NCBI GenBank assembly: GCA_963797555.1
Contig: CAWCPV010000003.1
Span: 224,001 to 288,000, forward strand
Direction: 5' to 3'
DNA length: 64,000 nucleotides
Source of the DNA: an uncultured Gammaproteobacteria bacterium
GTDB lineage: Bacteria; Pseudomonadota; Gammaproteobacteria; CAWCPV01
The translations under genes were made by a program, and so were the position numbers. Positions 30,877 through 40,981 of this stretch are shown here, piece after piece. Below the pieces are notes generated by a model, which was not told the origin of the DNA, searched no databases, and saw nothing but the letters and a program-made list of their open reading frames with translations. The stretch's first letter is position 1. Each line of letters opens with the position of its first letter.

Positions 30877-33421
30877 TTAGGACCTGAGCTTCGCGAAGGG
30901 CCTGAGAGCCTGTGAACAAATGTGCGTTGCGCCCGGACAACGCACTGCGCGCTGGCAGGATAGCCATTCGGCACGCCCCCGAGCCCCGACGGGGTGGCGG
31001 AACATGCGGGTGACCGCGAGCCCGACCACGATTCTCGCGCGCCTCACCGCGCCCGTTCTTGCTGTTGCCGCTCTTCCTCGGCCCCGCGTAGGGCTTGACC
31101 CCCCGCTGGCTCGGATCCCCACACGACATCGTCGGCCCACCCCGCGGTCCTCGTCATCGACGCCTTGCAGGGGAGAAGAACGGGGCCGCACGTCGGCCAG
31201 CTCGTCGCCCTCGGTCACGACCGTCAGCACTCGGTTGGGCAAGAACGTCCTCCGGAGCTTGGCTAGAAACGGCTCGGCTTCCTTCCGGTCGGACGGCGTG
31301 ACGATCACGATCTCCTTAGGGGTGTCCAGGCGGAAGTCGACCGCCAGGAGCATCTCGGACAGCGCGGCCGGCATCTTCGAGAGGCGCGCGCCGAAGGCCC
31401 GCAGCGTACGCTCTGCGCGCTGGCGGTACCGGTCCTGAGTGGTGAGCTCGTGCAGGCGCAGCAGGTTGAGCGCTTGCACCGAATTCCCGGACGGCTCGGG
31501 GCCGTCATAGGCGGGCTTCTCCCGCGCCAGCAGCGCTTCGTGGTCGTGGCCGGTCATAAAATAACCGCCCCGCTCCTTGTCCTCATAGCCGTTCTCCAGG
31601 ACGGCATCGAGCGCGACGGCCTCCCTCAGCCAACGCAAATCGCCGGTCGCCTCGTGGAGGTCCAGCAGCCCCGCGATGAGGAAGGCGTAGTCATCCAGAT
31701 AGCCGTCGGGGCCGGGCATACCGCCCCTGTAGCTGCGCAGCAGTCGGCCGTCCTTCTTGAGGTGGGCGAGGATGGAATCGGCTGCTCGCTCGGCCTGCTT
31801 GGCAGAGCCGTCTTCGCCCAGCACCAGTGAGGCCCGCGCGCAGGCCGAGATCATCAGGCCGTTCCAGGCGGTCACAATCTTCTCGTCCCGCAGGGGCGCG
31901 GGCCGCTTGGCCCGGGCAGTGTACAGAAGGTCGCGCGACTCCTGTAGCACGGCGCGCGCCTGGTCCGGCGGAAGGCCCAGCGCCTCGGCCACGTCCGCCA
32001 ATGGCCGCGGGGTGTAGAGGATATTGCGCCCGTCGAAGTTGCCTTCGAAGGTGACGCCGTAATAGGCCGTCACCAGCCGCGCGCGGTCTTTTCCCAGGGC
32101 GGCGTCGATGTCGTCTGGGCTCCAGGTGAAAAACCACCCCTCCTCCCGGCGCCCGTTGGGGGTCAGGCTATCGGCGTCGGTGGCCGAGTAGAAGGCGCCG
32201 TCCGGCGAGGTCATGTCCCTCGCGACGTACTGGAGCGTCTCTTGGACCACTCGGGCGAAGTCCTCCCGCCCGGTCACCTGGTAGCCCTCCAGGTAGGCGA
32301 TGGTGAGAAGCGCGTTGTCGTACAGCATCTTCTCGAAATGGGGCACCCGCCAACGGGCGTCCGTGGAATAGCGGTGGAAGCCGCCGCCGATGTGGTCATA
32401 GATGCCACCCGCGGCCATCTTCTCCAGGGTCAGTGTCGCCATGTCCAGGGCGTGTCGATCTCCGGAGCGACGCTGGTAGTGGAGCAGGAACCCGATCGGC
32501 AGACTGCTGGGAAACTTCGGCGCTCCGCCCAAACCGCCGTCGGTCGCGTCGAATCGCTCGCCATAGTAGCCGACGGCCCTGCGCAGCACAGCCGCGTCGG
32601 GCAGATCCTGAGCGGCAGGCGTCTCGGAGAGCTTGGCTTTCACCAGCTCAGCGATGCGGCTGGCCGAACGGGTCACCCGCTCCGGCTGCTGGTCATAGAT
32701 CTCCCTGAGCTTGCGCAACAGAGTCAACAGCCCCACTTGAGCGCCCCGGTCGCCGTCGCGCGCCGGGACGTAGGTCGCGCCGTAGAACGGCTTGCGCTCC
32801 GGGTTGAGCCACAGGCTCATGGGCCAGCCACCACCGCCGCTCAGCAATCTGCACCACCTCCATATAGACGGCGTCGAGGTCCGGCCGCTCCTCGCGATCC
32901 ACTTTGATGGCGATGTAGTTCTCGTTGAGGTAGCGTGCGATCTCCTCGTCCTCGAAGGACTCCTCCTCCATGACGTGACACCAGTGGCAGGTGGAATAGC
33001 CCACCGAGAGGAAGATGGGACGGCCGAGCTTGCGCGCGGTTTCGAAGGCCTCGTCGCCCCACGGGTACCAGTTCACCGGGTTGTGCGCGTGCTGCAGCAG
33101 GTAGGGGCTCGACTGGAGGAACAACCGGTTGGTGTACTGGGGCAATCCGTCCGGCCGCAGATGGCGCGTGCGCGGCTTGTAGTGCGGGTCGCGGGAGGCC
33201 CAGGCAGCGTCCAGACGCCTGATCAGTCCATCATCGAAGGGCGGCGCCCCGGGAAGCGGTGCGCCGAAGCTCCTGGGCGCGCCGGCGGCGCCCTTGACCG
33301 ACGGACCGGGCTGGCCGGCACTCGACGCGGAAGCCGGGGCGCCCGCAAAAGACAGGGTCACCAGCCAGACCGTGCCCGCAAACAGGGCTCGGCGGGCGGC
33401 GCTGACTGGCGCGGAGAGCAT
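30877..33421 (-). CDS. YyaL/SSP411 thioredoxin-domain glycosidase-like protein (DUF255); frameshift at ~32845, C-terminus aberrant after ~31190
   Basis: NRL...[49 protein letters not shown]. Confidence 0.9.
30904..31040 (-). mobile_element. MITE-like repeat, diverged inverted copy 3; right boundary uncertain
   Basis: Starts GAGAGCCTGTGAACAA; GGCAGGATAGCCATTCGGCACG...CCCC..GGGGTGGCG matches the reverse complement of copies 1 and 2. Confidence 0.55.
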
Positions 33422-33574
33422 GCGTGGCCTCCTGGGCTGCGTGTCAGCCCTGAACCCGTCAATCCGCAGCAGCCGGGTCGCCGCTCCTCCAGAAGGACCC
33501 CCGCCCTGAGGGCCGCGTCCTCCGGCCGAACGCTCTCCGCCCAGCCAAGCTCCGTCCAAGCCAGGACCGGCGCC

Positions 33575-34169
33575 TCAACTGTTCCGGCCGCACAACCAGC
33601 GCCTCCAAGTCCGAAAGGCCGCAAAGGGGGCGACCACAGCGGTCCCTATCAGAAGGGGCAACAGCCAGCCTAGCCATGCGACGGGACCGAAGAGGTAGGT
33701 CACGTCGTCGAAGTCGAAGCCGTCCGTCCCCCGGATAGGTCTTGACCTTGTCGCGCTGCTCTAGGCGCTCGGCTACCAGCGCGTCGATGGCGAGGGCCGC
33801 GGCGGCCACCAGTCCGAGCGGAAGCGGCCACCATCCCATGGCGGTGTGGCGCAGCCCAACACCGACACCGACGAAGAACAGGGAATTCAGGACGACGTCG
33901 GTGCCATAGTCGTACGCACGCCCGCGCGGACTCGACTGACCTGCGAGCCGGGCCAACTCGCCGTCCGCCCGGTCGAAAAACGCCGACAGCACCCAGAGGA
34001 CACCGACCCAGATCTGCCAGGCTCGGGCGCCGGCGGCGAGGGCTCGCGCAAGCAGCGAGCCCCAACAGCAGCCTGACCGTGGTGAGGTGGTTCGGCGTCA
34101 CCGAGCTGCCGACCAGCGGGCGCACGCACACCCCCCGCGAGCACGATGCGTCCAAGTGTCGTGCGGCAT
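33575..34169 (-). pseudogene. CDP-alcohol phosphatidyltransferase family; at least 2 frameshifts (error or decay)
   Basis: VTPNHLT..RL, DRADGELAR..G..S..G..YD..D, and C-terminal FDFDDVTYLFGPVAWLG, in three segments. Confidence 0.82.
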
Positions 34170-34184
34170 GGCTCGCCGAGCCTC

Positions 34185-35183
34185 TTACAGCATCCCCACA
34201 CCCGGACTCTGGCGCTGCCTGCCCCGCCATAGGCGCTTGCCCTCCAGTACCTGCCACGCAAGCAAGCCGGGCAGTCCCAGCAGAAGCTCCCGGAACCGTT
34301 TGCTCAGCGACACCGCCAATGCTACGTCGGCGGGCAAGCCGTACAACGCGCCGAGCAGCACGTAGCCTCCCTCCTGGACACCGAACGCACCGGGTACCAG
34401 GAACGCGGCGCTCCGCACGGCTTGACCGAGGCTCTCCAGCACCAAAGCCTCTTCAATCCCCACAGGTTGCTCCATGAGGTGCAGGGCGAGCCAGACCTCG
34501 CCGGTCCCAAGGAGCCACGAGCCCAGGTGGTAGGCCGAGGCGGCAGCCACGCGGGCGCGGTTGCAATAGAGGTGTTGGATGGTGTCATGGAGGCTCCCGG
34601 AGTCAGTAAGCCCCATCCAGGGCCACTTATCGGACACTCTTTCGAGCAGGCTCTCCACCAGCCTGAACAAGCCCCAGCGCTGCGCCAGCACAAAGCCCCC
34701 AAGGACCGGCGCGAAAACGAGGACTCCGAGCGCGATCCATTTGACGGTGGCCCCGTCCTGCCCGTCGAGAATGAGCAAGCCCAGCCCGAACAGGGTGAAC
34801 AGAAACTGGGTGAGGGTCTCCACTGTGAGGTCCGCCACCACCCCTGCCGCCGCGACGCTCCCCGGCATCCCCCTTTCGGCCACCAGTCGAGCGCCGACCA
34901 GCTCCCCTCCCACCTGGGCCACAGGCAGCAAACTGTTGACCGCCTCGCGGATCCAGCGGGCTCAGAAGCACTGAACCGTCGGCGCGGCATATGCGTCCGC
35001 GACGAGCGCGTGCCAGGCGAGGGCCGAGAAGAGCATGGGGATGAGATGGAACAGAGCCACCCACGTCAGGCCGAAGCCGGCGACGGCGAGGACGCTGACC
35101 ACGGAGCCGATACCTTGGTAGGCGATGAGCGCCGTCGCAGCCAACAGCCCGGCAAGCGTGCCGAGGGCGATCCCGAGCCTCAC
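34185..35183 (-). CDS. hpnL: HpnL-like LPG-synthase TM/flippase-like protein; frameshift at ~34965
   Basis: N.LLPVAQVGGE, ESLGQAVRSAAFLVPGAFGVQEGG, ALAVSLSKRFRE; position in the hpn cluster. Confidence 0.8.
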
Positions 35184-37900
35184 GTTCCTCCCCCGCCGGG
35201 TCGATCGGTGCGCGCGGGAGGATCCGCCGCCTGCAACTCCCCGGAGAGCCGTCCGCCACGCTCGTCGGCCCGTGCCTGCTTCGCCTCGATCTGGGCCATC
35301 ACCGCCGGCAAGACGACCAGCGTGCAGAACAGGGCGTACGTCAGAGCGAAGGTCACGAGCAGCCCCATGCTGGACATCCCGCGATGGCGCGAGATGGCGA
35401 GCGTCCCGAACGACGCCATGGTGGTCAATCCGCTGAACAGCACCGCCCGAGGGGTGCTGCTGTGGAACAGCTCATCCACGGTCAGGCCGCCGCGCTTGCG
35501 AGTGACCAGGTAGATACCGAAAGCCACACCGATGCCGAGCAGCAAGGGCAGGGCGATGACGTTGGCAAAATTGAGGGGGAGCTTCAGCAGCACCGAGGTC
35601 GCCACGGTCAGAAGCGCCCCCAGAATCAGCGGCAGGAAGACGAGCAGCGCCTGCCCCAGGCTGCCCAGCATGACGGTGAGGAAGATCAGGACCGCGATTA
35701 CCGCCGAAACCGAGGCTTGGGCGCAGGCACCAACCACCACCTTCCCGCCTTCCACCATGGTCACCGGGGCGCCCACGGCGTTCGGGGTAACGGTCTCGAC
35801 GGACGCGACGAACTGCCGCAGCTTCTTGTTGTCCCGCAGGTTTTCCGTGGGGAATACTTGGATGCGCGCCAGCCCATCCGGCGTCAGATATCGCGCCCTA
35901 AGGTCTTGAGGCAAGTCGGCGAGCGTGACTCGGCTGGGGGACAGCAGCTTCTGGAGCCGTTCCAGGTTGCGCGGCAGGTCCGACAGGATAGAGCGCTGCA
36001 GCTCGTTCAGGACCCGAGCGGGCCAGCCCGGCAGCGTCTTGAGACGGTCCAGGGCGCGTGCCAAACGTTGCGCGCTGTCCACGAAAGGGGCGTTGCGGTC
36101 CGAGCTGGTCAGACGGGCGGCTTTGGCAATGAACCCGCCGAGCGACGCGATCTGCTGCTCTTCAGTGGGCGGGCCGAGATGTTCGGGAGGCGCCAGGGCC
36201 GTCTGCAGGAATAGATACGTATCGTCGATGACGCTGAGCTTTCCCTCCTGGCCGCTCGGGACGTAGCTTGCCAGCGTCACCGCCTTATCGACGGTCGGCA
36301 GCCTCTTCAGAGCCGCCGCCAGCTTTTCTGCCGCCTCGAGACTCGGGGCAAGGATGTCGATGGTGTAGGGGGAGGTCTTGGGATCCTCCAACAGGTCGCG
36401 AAACGTGGCCACGGACTCGCTGTTGGGATCCCTGAGGTCGACCGGGTTGAAATCGAAGTTCATGCGCGGCGCCAGGATGGCGATAGCGGTGATCGCCACC
36501 AGCGTACCGGCGAGAATGGCCCGGCGGTGACCTAGCACCCAGTTCCCCAGCGCTTGGAACCCCTTGATGTCCATGGGCCGAGGTTGGAGCCTCACGGGGG
36601 TGAGGGTCAGCAGGGCAGGCAACACGGTAAGGGTCGCGAACAGGGCCACGAACATGCTGACGCCGGCCAGGAAGCCGAGCTGGGCGAGACCCCGGTAGGC
36701 CGTCGGAATGAAGCAGAAGAAGCTGATCGCAGCCGACATGGCGGCGAGCATCAACGCGTCGCAGAGTCCTGCGGCGGCCCGATTGAGCGCCAGCGCATGC
36801 GCATTGCCGTGGGTGCGCTCCTCCCGGTAGCGCATTCCGAACTGGATACCGAAGTCTACCCCCAGACCGATGAACAACACGATGAAGGTCACGGATATGA
36901 GGTTGAGTGCCCCCAGTGCCCAGGTCGCGAAAGCCGCCATCCATACCAGGCCCATGAACAGCGTCGCCAGCAACCACGCCGCCATGCCAAGCGAGCGGAA
37001 GCCCGCGAGCAGCAGCACGCACACCAGGGCGAAGGACAGGAGGGTGGCAGTCTGCGCGCCTTCCGACACGCTGCGCAGCTCGTCCTCGCCCATCGCCACA
37101 GAGCCGGTCAGCCGCACCCGGACCCCATGGGCCTCGTCGAGCTGCAGGTCGAGAGCATCGTGGCGTATGGTCTGCAGCGCCTCGTGCCCGGGCTGCATGC
37201 TCCCGTAGTCCAGACGGGCTTGCACCAGCACGAAGGCTTTGTTGCCGGCCTCCGTGGCCTCCGCCTTACCCAGAATTTCGCCCTGCCAGGAAACGGGGCG
37301 CGGCCGGCCCGCGATAATCCCTCCGACCGTATCCGCGATGCGGTTGAAGATGGTCGTGAGGAGCGACTCGCTGGAAGCGCTGAGCTTCTCCGCGAGCGCG
37401 CGGTCCAGCAGCGAGAACAGGCCTCGCAGGCTGGGATCGCGTGCGACGGTCCCGAGAAACGGCTGCGCTGCGGCCAAGTGGTTGGCGAGGTCGGACAGCT
37501 CGGCCTGGTCCAAGTAGAGCAGCCCGTTGTGCGCAAAGAACGGCCCTCCGCCGGGCTGGTAGACGGAGGGAAACAGCTTCGGGTCCGCCTGGAGCTTCGC
37601 GGTCAGGGCATCCGCCGCATCTTGCGCCTGGTCCGGCGTCTGGCCGTCGATCACGACCACGATCAAGTCGCTGAGCTGAGGGAAGGCTTTGTCGAACTCC
37701 CGCTGCAACTTGCGGAAGGAGAGATTGGGGTCGAGCATGTTCACCGTGTCCGTGTCGAAGGACAGGTGGCTGGCGGTGTAATCGAACAGCAGCGCGGTCC
37801 CTAGGAGCGCCCCAGCAATCACCCAGCCAGCGGCGCGCCTGGAGTTTTCCACCAGCCACATGGGAACGATACTGCAAGCCTCTCTAGCTTCTTTGAACAA
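35180..37900 (-). CDS. hpnN: Hopanoid-associated MMPL/RND transporter
   Basis: FFAHNGLLYLD, IGLGVDFGIQF, NFANVIALPLLLGIGVAFGIY; 906 aa. Confidence 0.92.
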   Translation of the reverse strand: MFKEAREACSIVPMWLVENSRRAAGWVIAGALLGTALLFDYTASHLSFDTDTVNMLDPNLSFRKLQREFDKAFPQLSDLIVVVIDGQTPDQAQDAADALTAKLQADPKLFPSVYQPGGGPFFAHNGLLYLDQAELSDLANHLAAAQPFLGTVARDPSLRGLFSLLDRALAEKLSASSESLLTTIFNRIADTVGGIIAGRPRPVSWQGEILGKAEATEAGNKAFVLVQARLDYGSMQPGHEALQTIRHDALDLQLDEAHGVRVRLTGSVAMGEDELRSVSEGAQTATLLSFALVCVLLLAGFRSLGMAAWLLATLFMGLVWMAAFATWALGALNLISVTFIVLFIGLGVDFGIQFGMRYREERTHGNAHALALNRAAAGLCDALMLAAMSAAISFFCFIPTAYRGLAQLGFLAGVSMFVALFATLTVLPALLTLTPVRLQPRPMDIKGFQALGNWVLGHRRAILAGTLVAITAIAILAPRMNFDFNPVDLRDPNSESVATFRDLLEDPKTSPYTIDILAPSLEAAEKLAAALKRLPTVDKAVTLASYVPSGQEGKLSVIDDTYLFLQTALAPPEHLGPPTEEQQIASLGGFIAKAARLTSSDRNAPFVDSAQRLARALDRLKTLPGWPARVLNELQRSILSDLPRNLERLQKLLSPSRVTLADLPQDLRARYLTPDGLARIQVFPTENLRDNKKLRQFVASVETVTPNAVGAPVTMVEGGKVVVGACAQASVSAVIAVLIFLTVMLGSLGQALLVFLPLILGALLTVATSVLLKLPLNFANVIALPLLLGIGVAFGIYLVTRKRGGLTVDELFHSSTPRAVLFSGLTTMASFGTLAISRHRGMSSMGLLVTFALTYALFCTLVVLPAVMAQIEAKQARADERGGRLSGELQAADPPARTDRPGGGGT

Positions 37901-38099
37901 GGTCTATCCTCGACGTTTACGACCCTGACGGGCCGGACACCTCATCGCCCGGCGACACCCCGTCTCGTGAGTCCACCGTCCTGACGCGCGCGACACCGCG
38001 CCCCTCAATGCTTGCGGGACAGCAGCCGCGGCGGGCAGTTCTGGCCGACTGTAAGGCGGTTGCGCCCCATTGCGGGCAGGTCCACGACCATGGCGCGAA

Positions 38100-38717
38100 C
38101 TATGTCTCCCGGATCACGTCCTGGAAGGGCGAGACGAACCTGCGGATGTCCGCATCCGTGATGGCACCCATCGTAAACACGCGAAAGATGCGCGCGGCCA
38201 GGGCTCCCTGCCCCGCGTAGACCACGAAACCCCGCGCCTTCATGCCGTCGTGGAGGCGGCCGTAACCGACGTTGTCGAGCAGATGATAGGCGCTCAAAAC
38301 CACGGACGAGTCGGTCTCCGCCAGCAGGGGCCGTGTGCTCAAGACCAAAAGACCGTCTCGAACGAGGTGGACGAGGCGCCGGTAACGGTGTTGACGTTCG
38401 CGCCAGCCCCCCTCCTCGGCCAGCTCCAGAAGGGCCGTCGCCAACGCATAGGAGACGACTTGCACCGACGGGGTGAACGGCATGCTACCGCCGTCTTGTG
38501 CCCGACAGTGGGCGGCGAGGTCGAGGTAAACTGTGCGCCTGACGGGAGCCTCGCCGAACACGGCAGCACCGCGCGCGACCACGAAGGCTGCCCCCGGCAC
38601 TCCATGCAGGCATTTATTGGCTGCCGCGGCGCACGCCGTGATACCCCAGCCGTCGAAGTCGAGCTCCTGTCCTCCAAAGCTGCTCACCGCGTCCACGAGC
38701 AGCCCGATGCCCCGCTT
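38100..38717 (-). pseudogene. 2-aminoethylphosphonate aminotransferase (AepZ/PhnW, class V PLP), C-terminal half only
   Basis: LLVDAVSSFG, ANKCLHGVPG (PLP lysine), PFTPSVQ, GFVVYAGQG..FRV..MG; no N-terminal half. Confidence 0.85.
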
Positions 38718-38880
38718 AGCGGCGTTCAGCCTGGACCAACTCCTCCGCACCCTGCAAGCGGAAGATCTCGCCGACGGAGGCGATGCGGTCCTCGACATCA
38801 GCCACGCTGGCCGTGGCGCGGACCTCCCGCGCCGCGGCCGCCATGGCAGAAACGGGGGCACGGATCATGTGTTTCGCCCA
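38716..38880 (-). pseudogene. pepM: Phosphoenolpyruvate mutase C-terminal fragment
   Basis: WAKHMIRAPVSAM...EDRIASVGEIFRLQGAEELVQAERR matches the PEP-mutase tail (IWANH..RA...AM...EIFRLQ). Confidence 0.75.
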
Positions 38881-39237
38881 GAGCCGCTCCATCAGCCGGT
38901 AATCGTAGAGGACGTCGGCATCCATGAGAACCACATCCGCGCCGCCGGTCAGAATCTGGCGCGCGGTCCACAGGCTGACCATGCTGCCCCGCGCATAGTC
39001 CGGGTTGTACAGGGTACGAACCCTGGACGGGGTTCCGAGGTGCTGGATTTCGGACATGACCTGCTCTGCCTCATAACCGACGGCGATCGTCACTTCGTGC
39101 ACCCCGCAGTGACGTAGGATGTCCAGATGACGCTGCAACAGCGTGTCTCCGCCGAAACGCAGCAGACACTTCGGAACCGCTTTGGCCATGGTCCCTAGCC
39201 GGCGCCCCCTTCCCGCGGCCAGAATCAGAGCCTCCAC
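38881..39237 (-). pseudogene. LicC/PntC-like cytidylyltransferase, N-terminal half fused in frame to the pepM tail
   Basis: ALILAAGRGRRL...PKCLL, NPDYARGSMVSL, LMDADVLYD; similarity stops at ~119 aa. Confidence 0.85.
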
Positions 39238-39361
39238 GGTCGTCCTTCCCTCGTGCCCTCAGACGGGGCCCGACAACGGCCTCCGAACCCTGCGCGCCAC
39301 ACTATACCAGACCTGTGGCCCCGCTATCGGCGGCGTCCCGGCCGTGTGACCTCGCAGGCTC

Positions 39362-40354
39362 TTATTCACAGTAGCCGTGACTGCGGAACCACTGCACCGC
39401 ATCCCTCAGCCCCTCGGCCGGGGGCCGAGGATGAAACCCCAGCGCGCTCGCCGCCTTTTCCACGCTGAAAAACATGCGCTTGCGGGAAAGCCGCACGCCT
39501 TCGACCGTGGCAAGGGGCTCGCCGCCACCGGACAGCCACGCCCACGCCTGAGCCACGTACGCCACCGGCAAGACGAGCTGGTGGGGTAGCCTCAGCCGCG
39601 GGGGCCGACGTCCAGAGATGCGCGCCAGCTCCGATAGGATCTCCCGCAGGGTGAGGTTCTCGCCCCCGAGAATGTAGCCCTCGCCTATCCTACCCCGTTC
39701 GAAGGCAAGCCGATGGCCGACGGCCACGTCGTCCACATGCACCAAGTTGAGGCCGGTATCCACATACACCGGCATCCGCCCGCTAACCGCCTCGACGATC
39801 ATGCGGCCGGTGGGCGTCGGTCTGATGTCGCGGGGGCCGACCGGGGTCGAGGGATAGACGATCACGGCGGGCAGACCCTGTTCCCTGACCAGCCGCCGAA
39901 CCTCCGCCTCGGCCATGAACTTCGAGCGCTTGTAGTGGCCTACCATGTCCGCCAGCGTCACCGGCGTGCCTTCGTCGGCGGGGGTCCCGTCCGCAGTCAG
40001 CCCAAGCGTGGCCACGCTACTGGTGTAGACGACCCTCGGGACGCCCGCCGCGAGGGCGGCGAGCATGATGTTGCCCGTGCCCTCGACGTTGCTGCGGTAG
40101 ATGACCCGCGGGTCTCTCGCCCACAGCCGATAATCCGCGGCCACATGGAACAGGGCCTCGCAGCCCTGCAGGGCGCGGGTCAGGGAGGGCGGGTCCGCGA
40201 GGTCGCCCAAGATGCTCTCGATGCCCAGTCCCTCCAAGTTGCGGCGGTCACTGGTTGGTCTGAGCAGCGCGCGCACGTCGTGGCCCGCCTGCAGGAGTTC
40301 CCGCGTGACAGCGGAGCCGACAAATCCGGATGCGCCGGTGACCAGAGTCTTCAC
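39362..40354 (-). CDS. hpnA: Hopanoid-associated sugar epimerase
   Basis: LVTGASGFVG, FHVAADYRLW, YKRSK, PSTPVGPRDIRPTPTG. Confidence 0.92.
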   Translation of the reverse strand: MKTLVTGASGFVGSAVTRELLQAGHDVRALLRPTSDRRNLEGLGIESILGDLADPPSLTRALQGCEALFHVAADYRLWARDPRVIYRSNVEGTGNIMLAALAAGVPRVVYTSSVATLGLTADGTPADEGTPVTLADMVGHYKRSKFMAEAEVRRLVREQGLPAVIVYPSTPVGPRDIRPTPTGRMIVEAVSGRMPVYVDTGLNLVHVDDVAVGHRLAFERGRIGEGYILGGENLTLREILSELARISGRRPPRLRLPHQLVLPVAYVAQAWAWLSGGGEPLATVEGVRLSRKRMFFSVEKAASALGFHPRPPAEGLRDAVQWFRSHGYCE

Positions 40355-40981
40355 GCACAGGGTTCCGTAAGGGTGATGCCGAACAGCGTGCCGCGGTGTC
40401 GAGACGCTGCCCGCATGGGGGGCGATCTGGGAGACGCCCGTTCTCGTGACCACGCAACAGCCCCGCACACCCATGCCGCCCACCGCCGTCTTGGGGCTAA
40501 TCGTCCGGCGCCTGGGCCTCGGGACCTCAGGGCAGACGTGGTGGGCCCAGGTCGGAACACCCCTCTTCCAACATCCATTAGCGAGCAATCAAATCAACAG
40601 TGTCACCGGCCTGACCGTCCGATGCGAGCACGATCCTACGGGATCTCGTTCGAGCCCTCGCCGGGACACCCGGAAGGCGGACACGCTTGGCGAGCGGCAG
40701 CGGCGGGGCCGAACAAAATACCCGGCGCCGGTAACCGCCCTCTGGGCTGCCGTGCGCGCAGTCTCGCCGCGGCTCGCCAGAATCAGCGGCCCCGCGAAGC
40801 GATGACGCCACTTGCGAGCAGCCAAGCCCCCAATCCCCGGCCAGTCCCATTGCTTACTTCACGTCGCTGGACCCCTGATAGCGAGGACTCGCGTGGGCAG
40901 GACCGAAGACGGAACGGACTACGGGCGGCCGGCTCCACTCGACGCCCCCCGCCTCTGGGAGCGTGGCATCGACCGTCGGCG

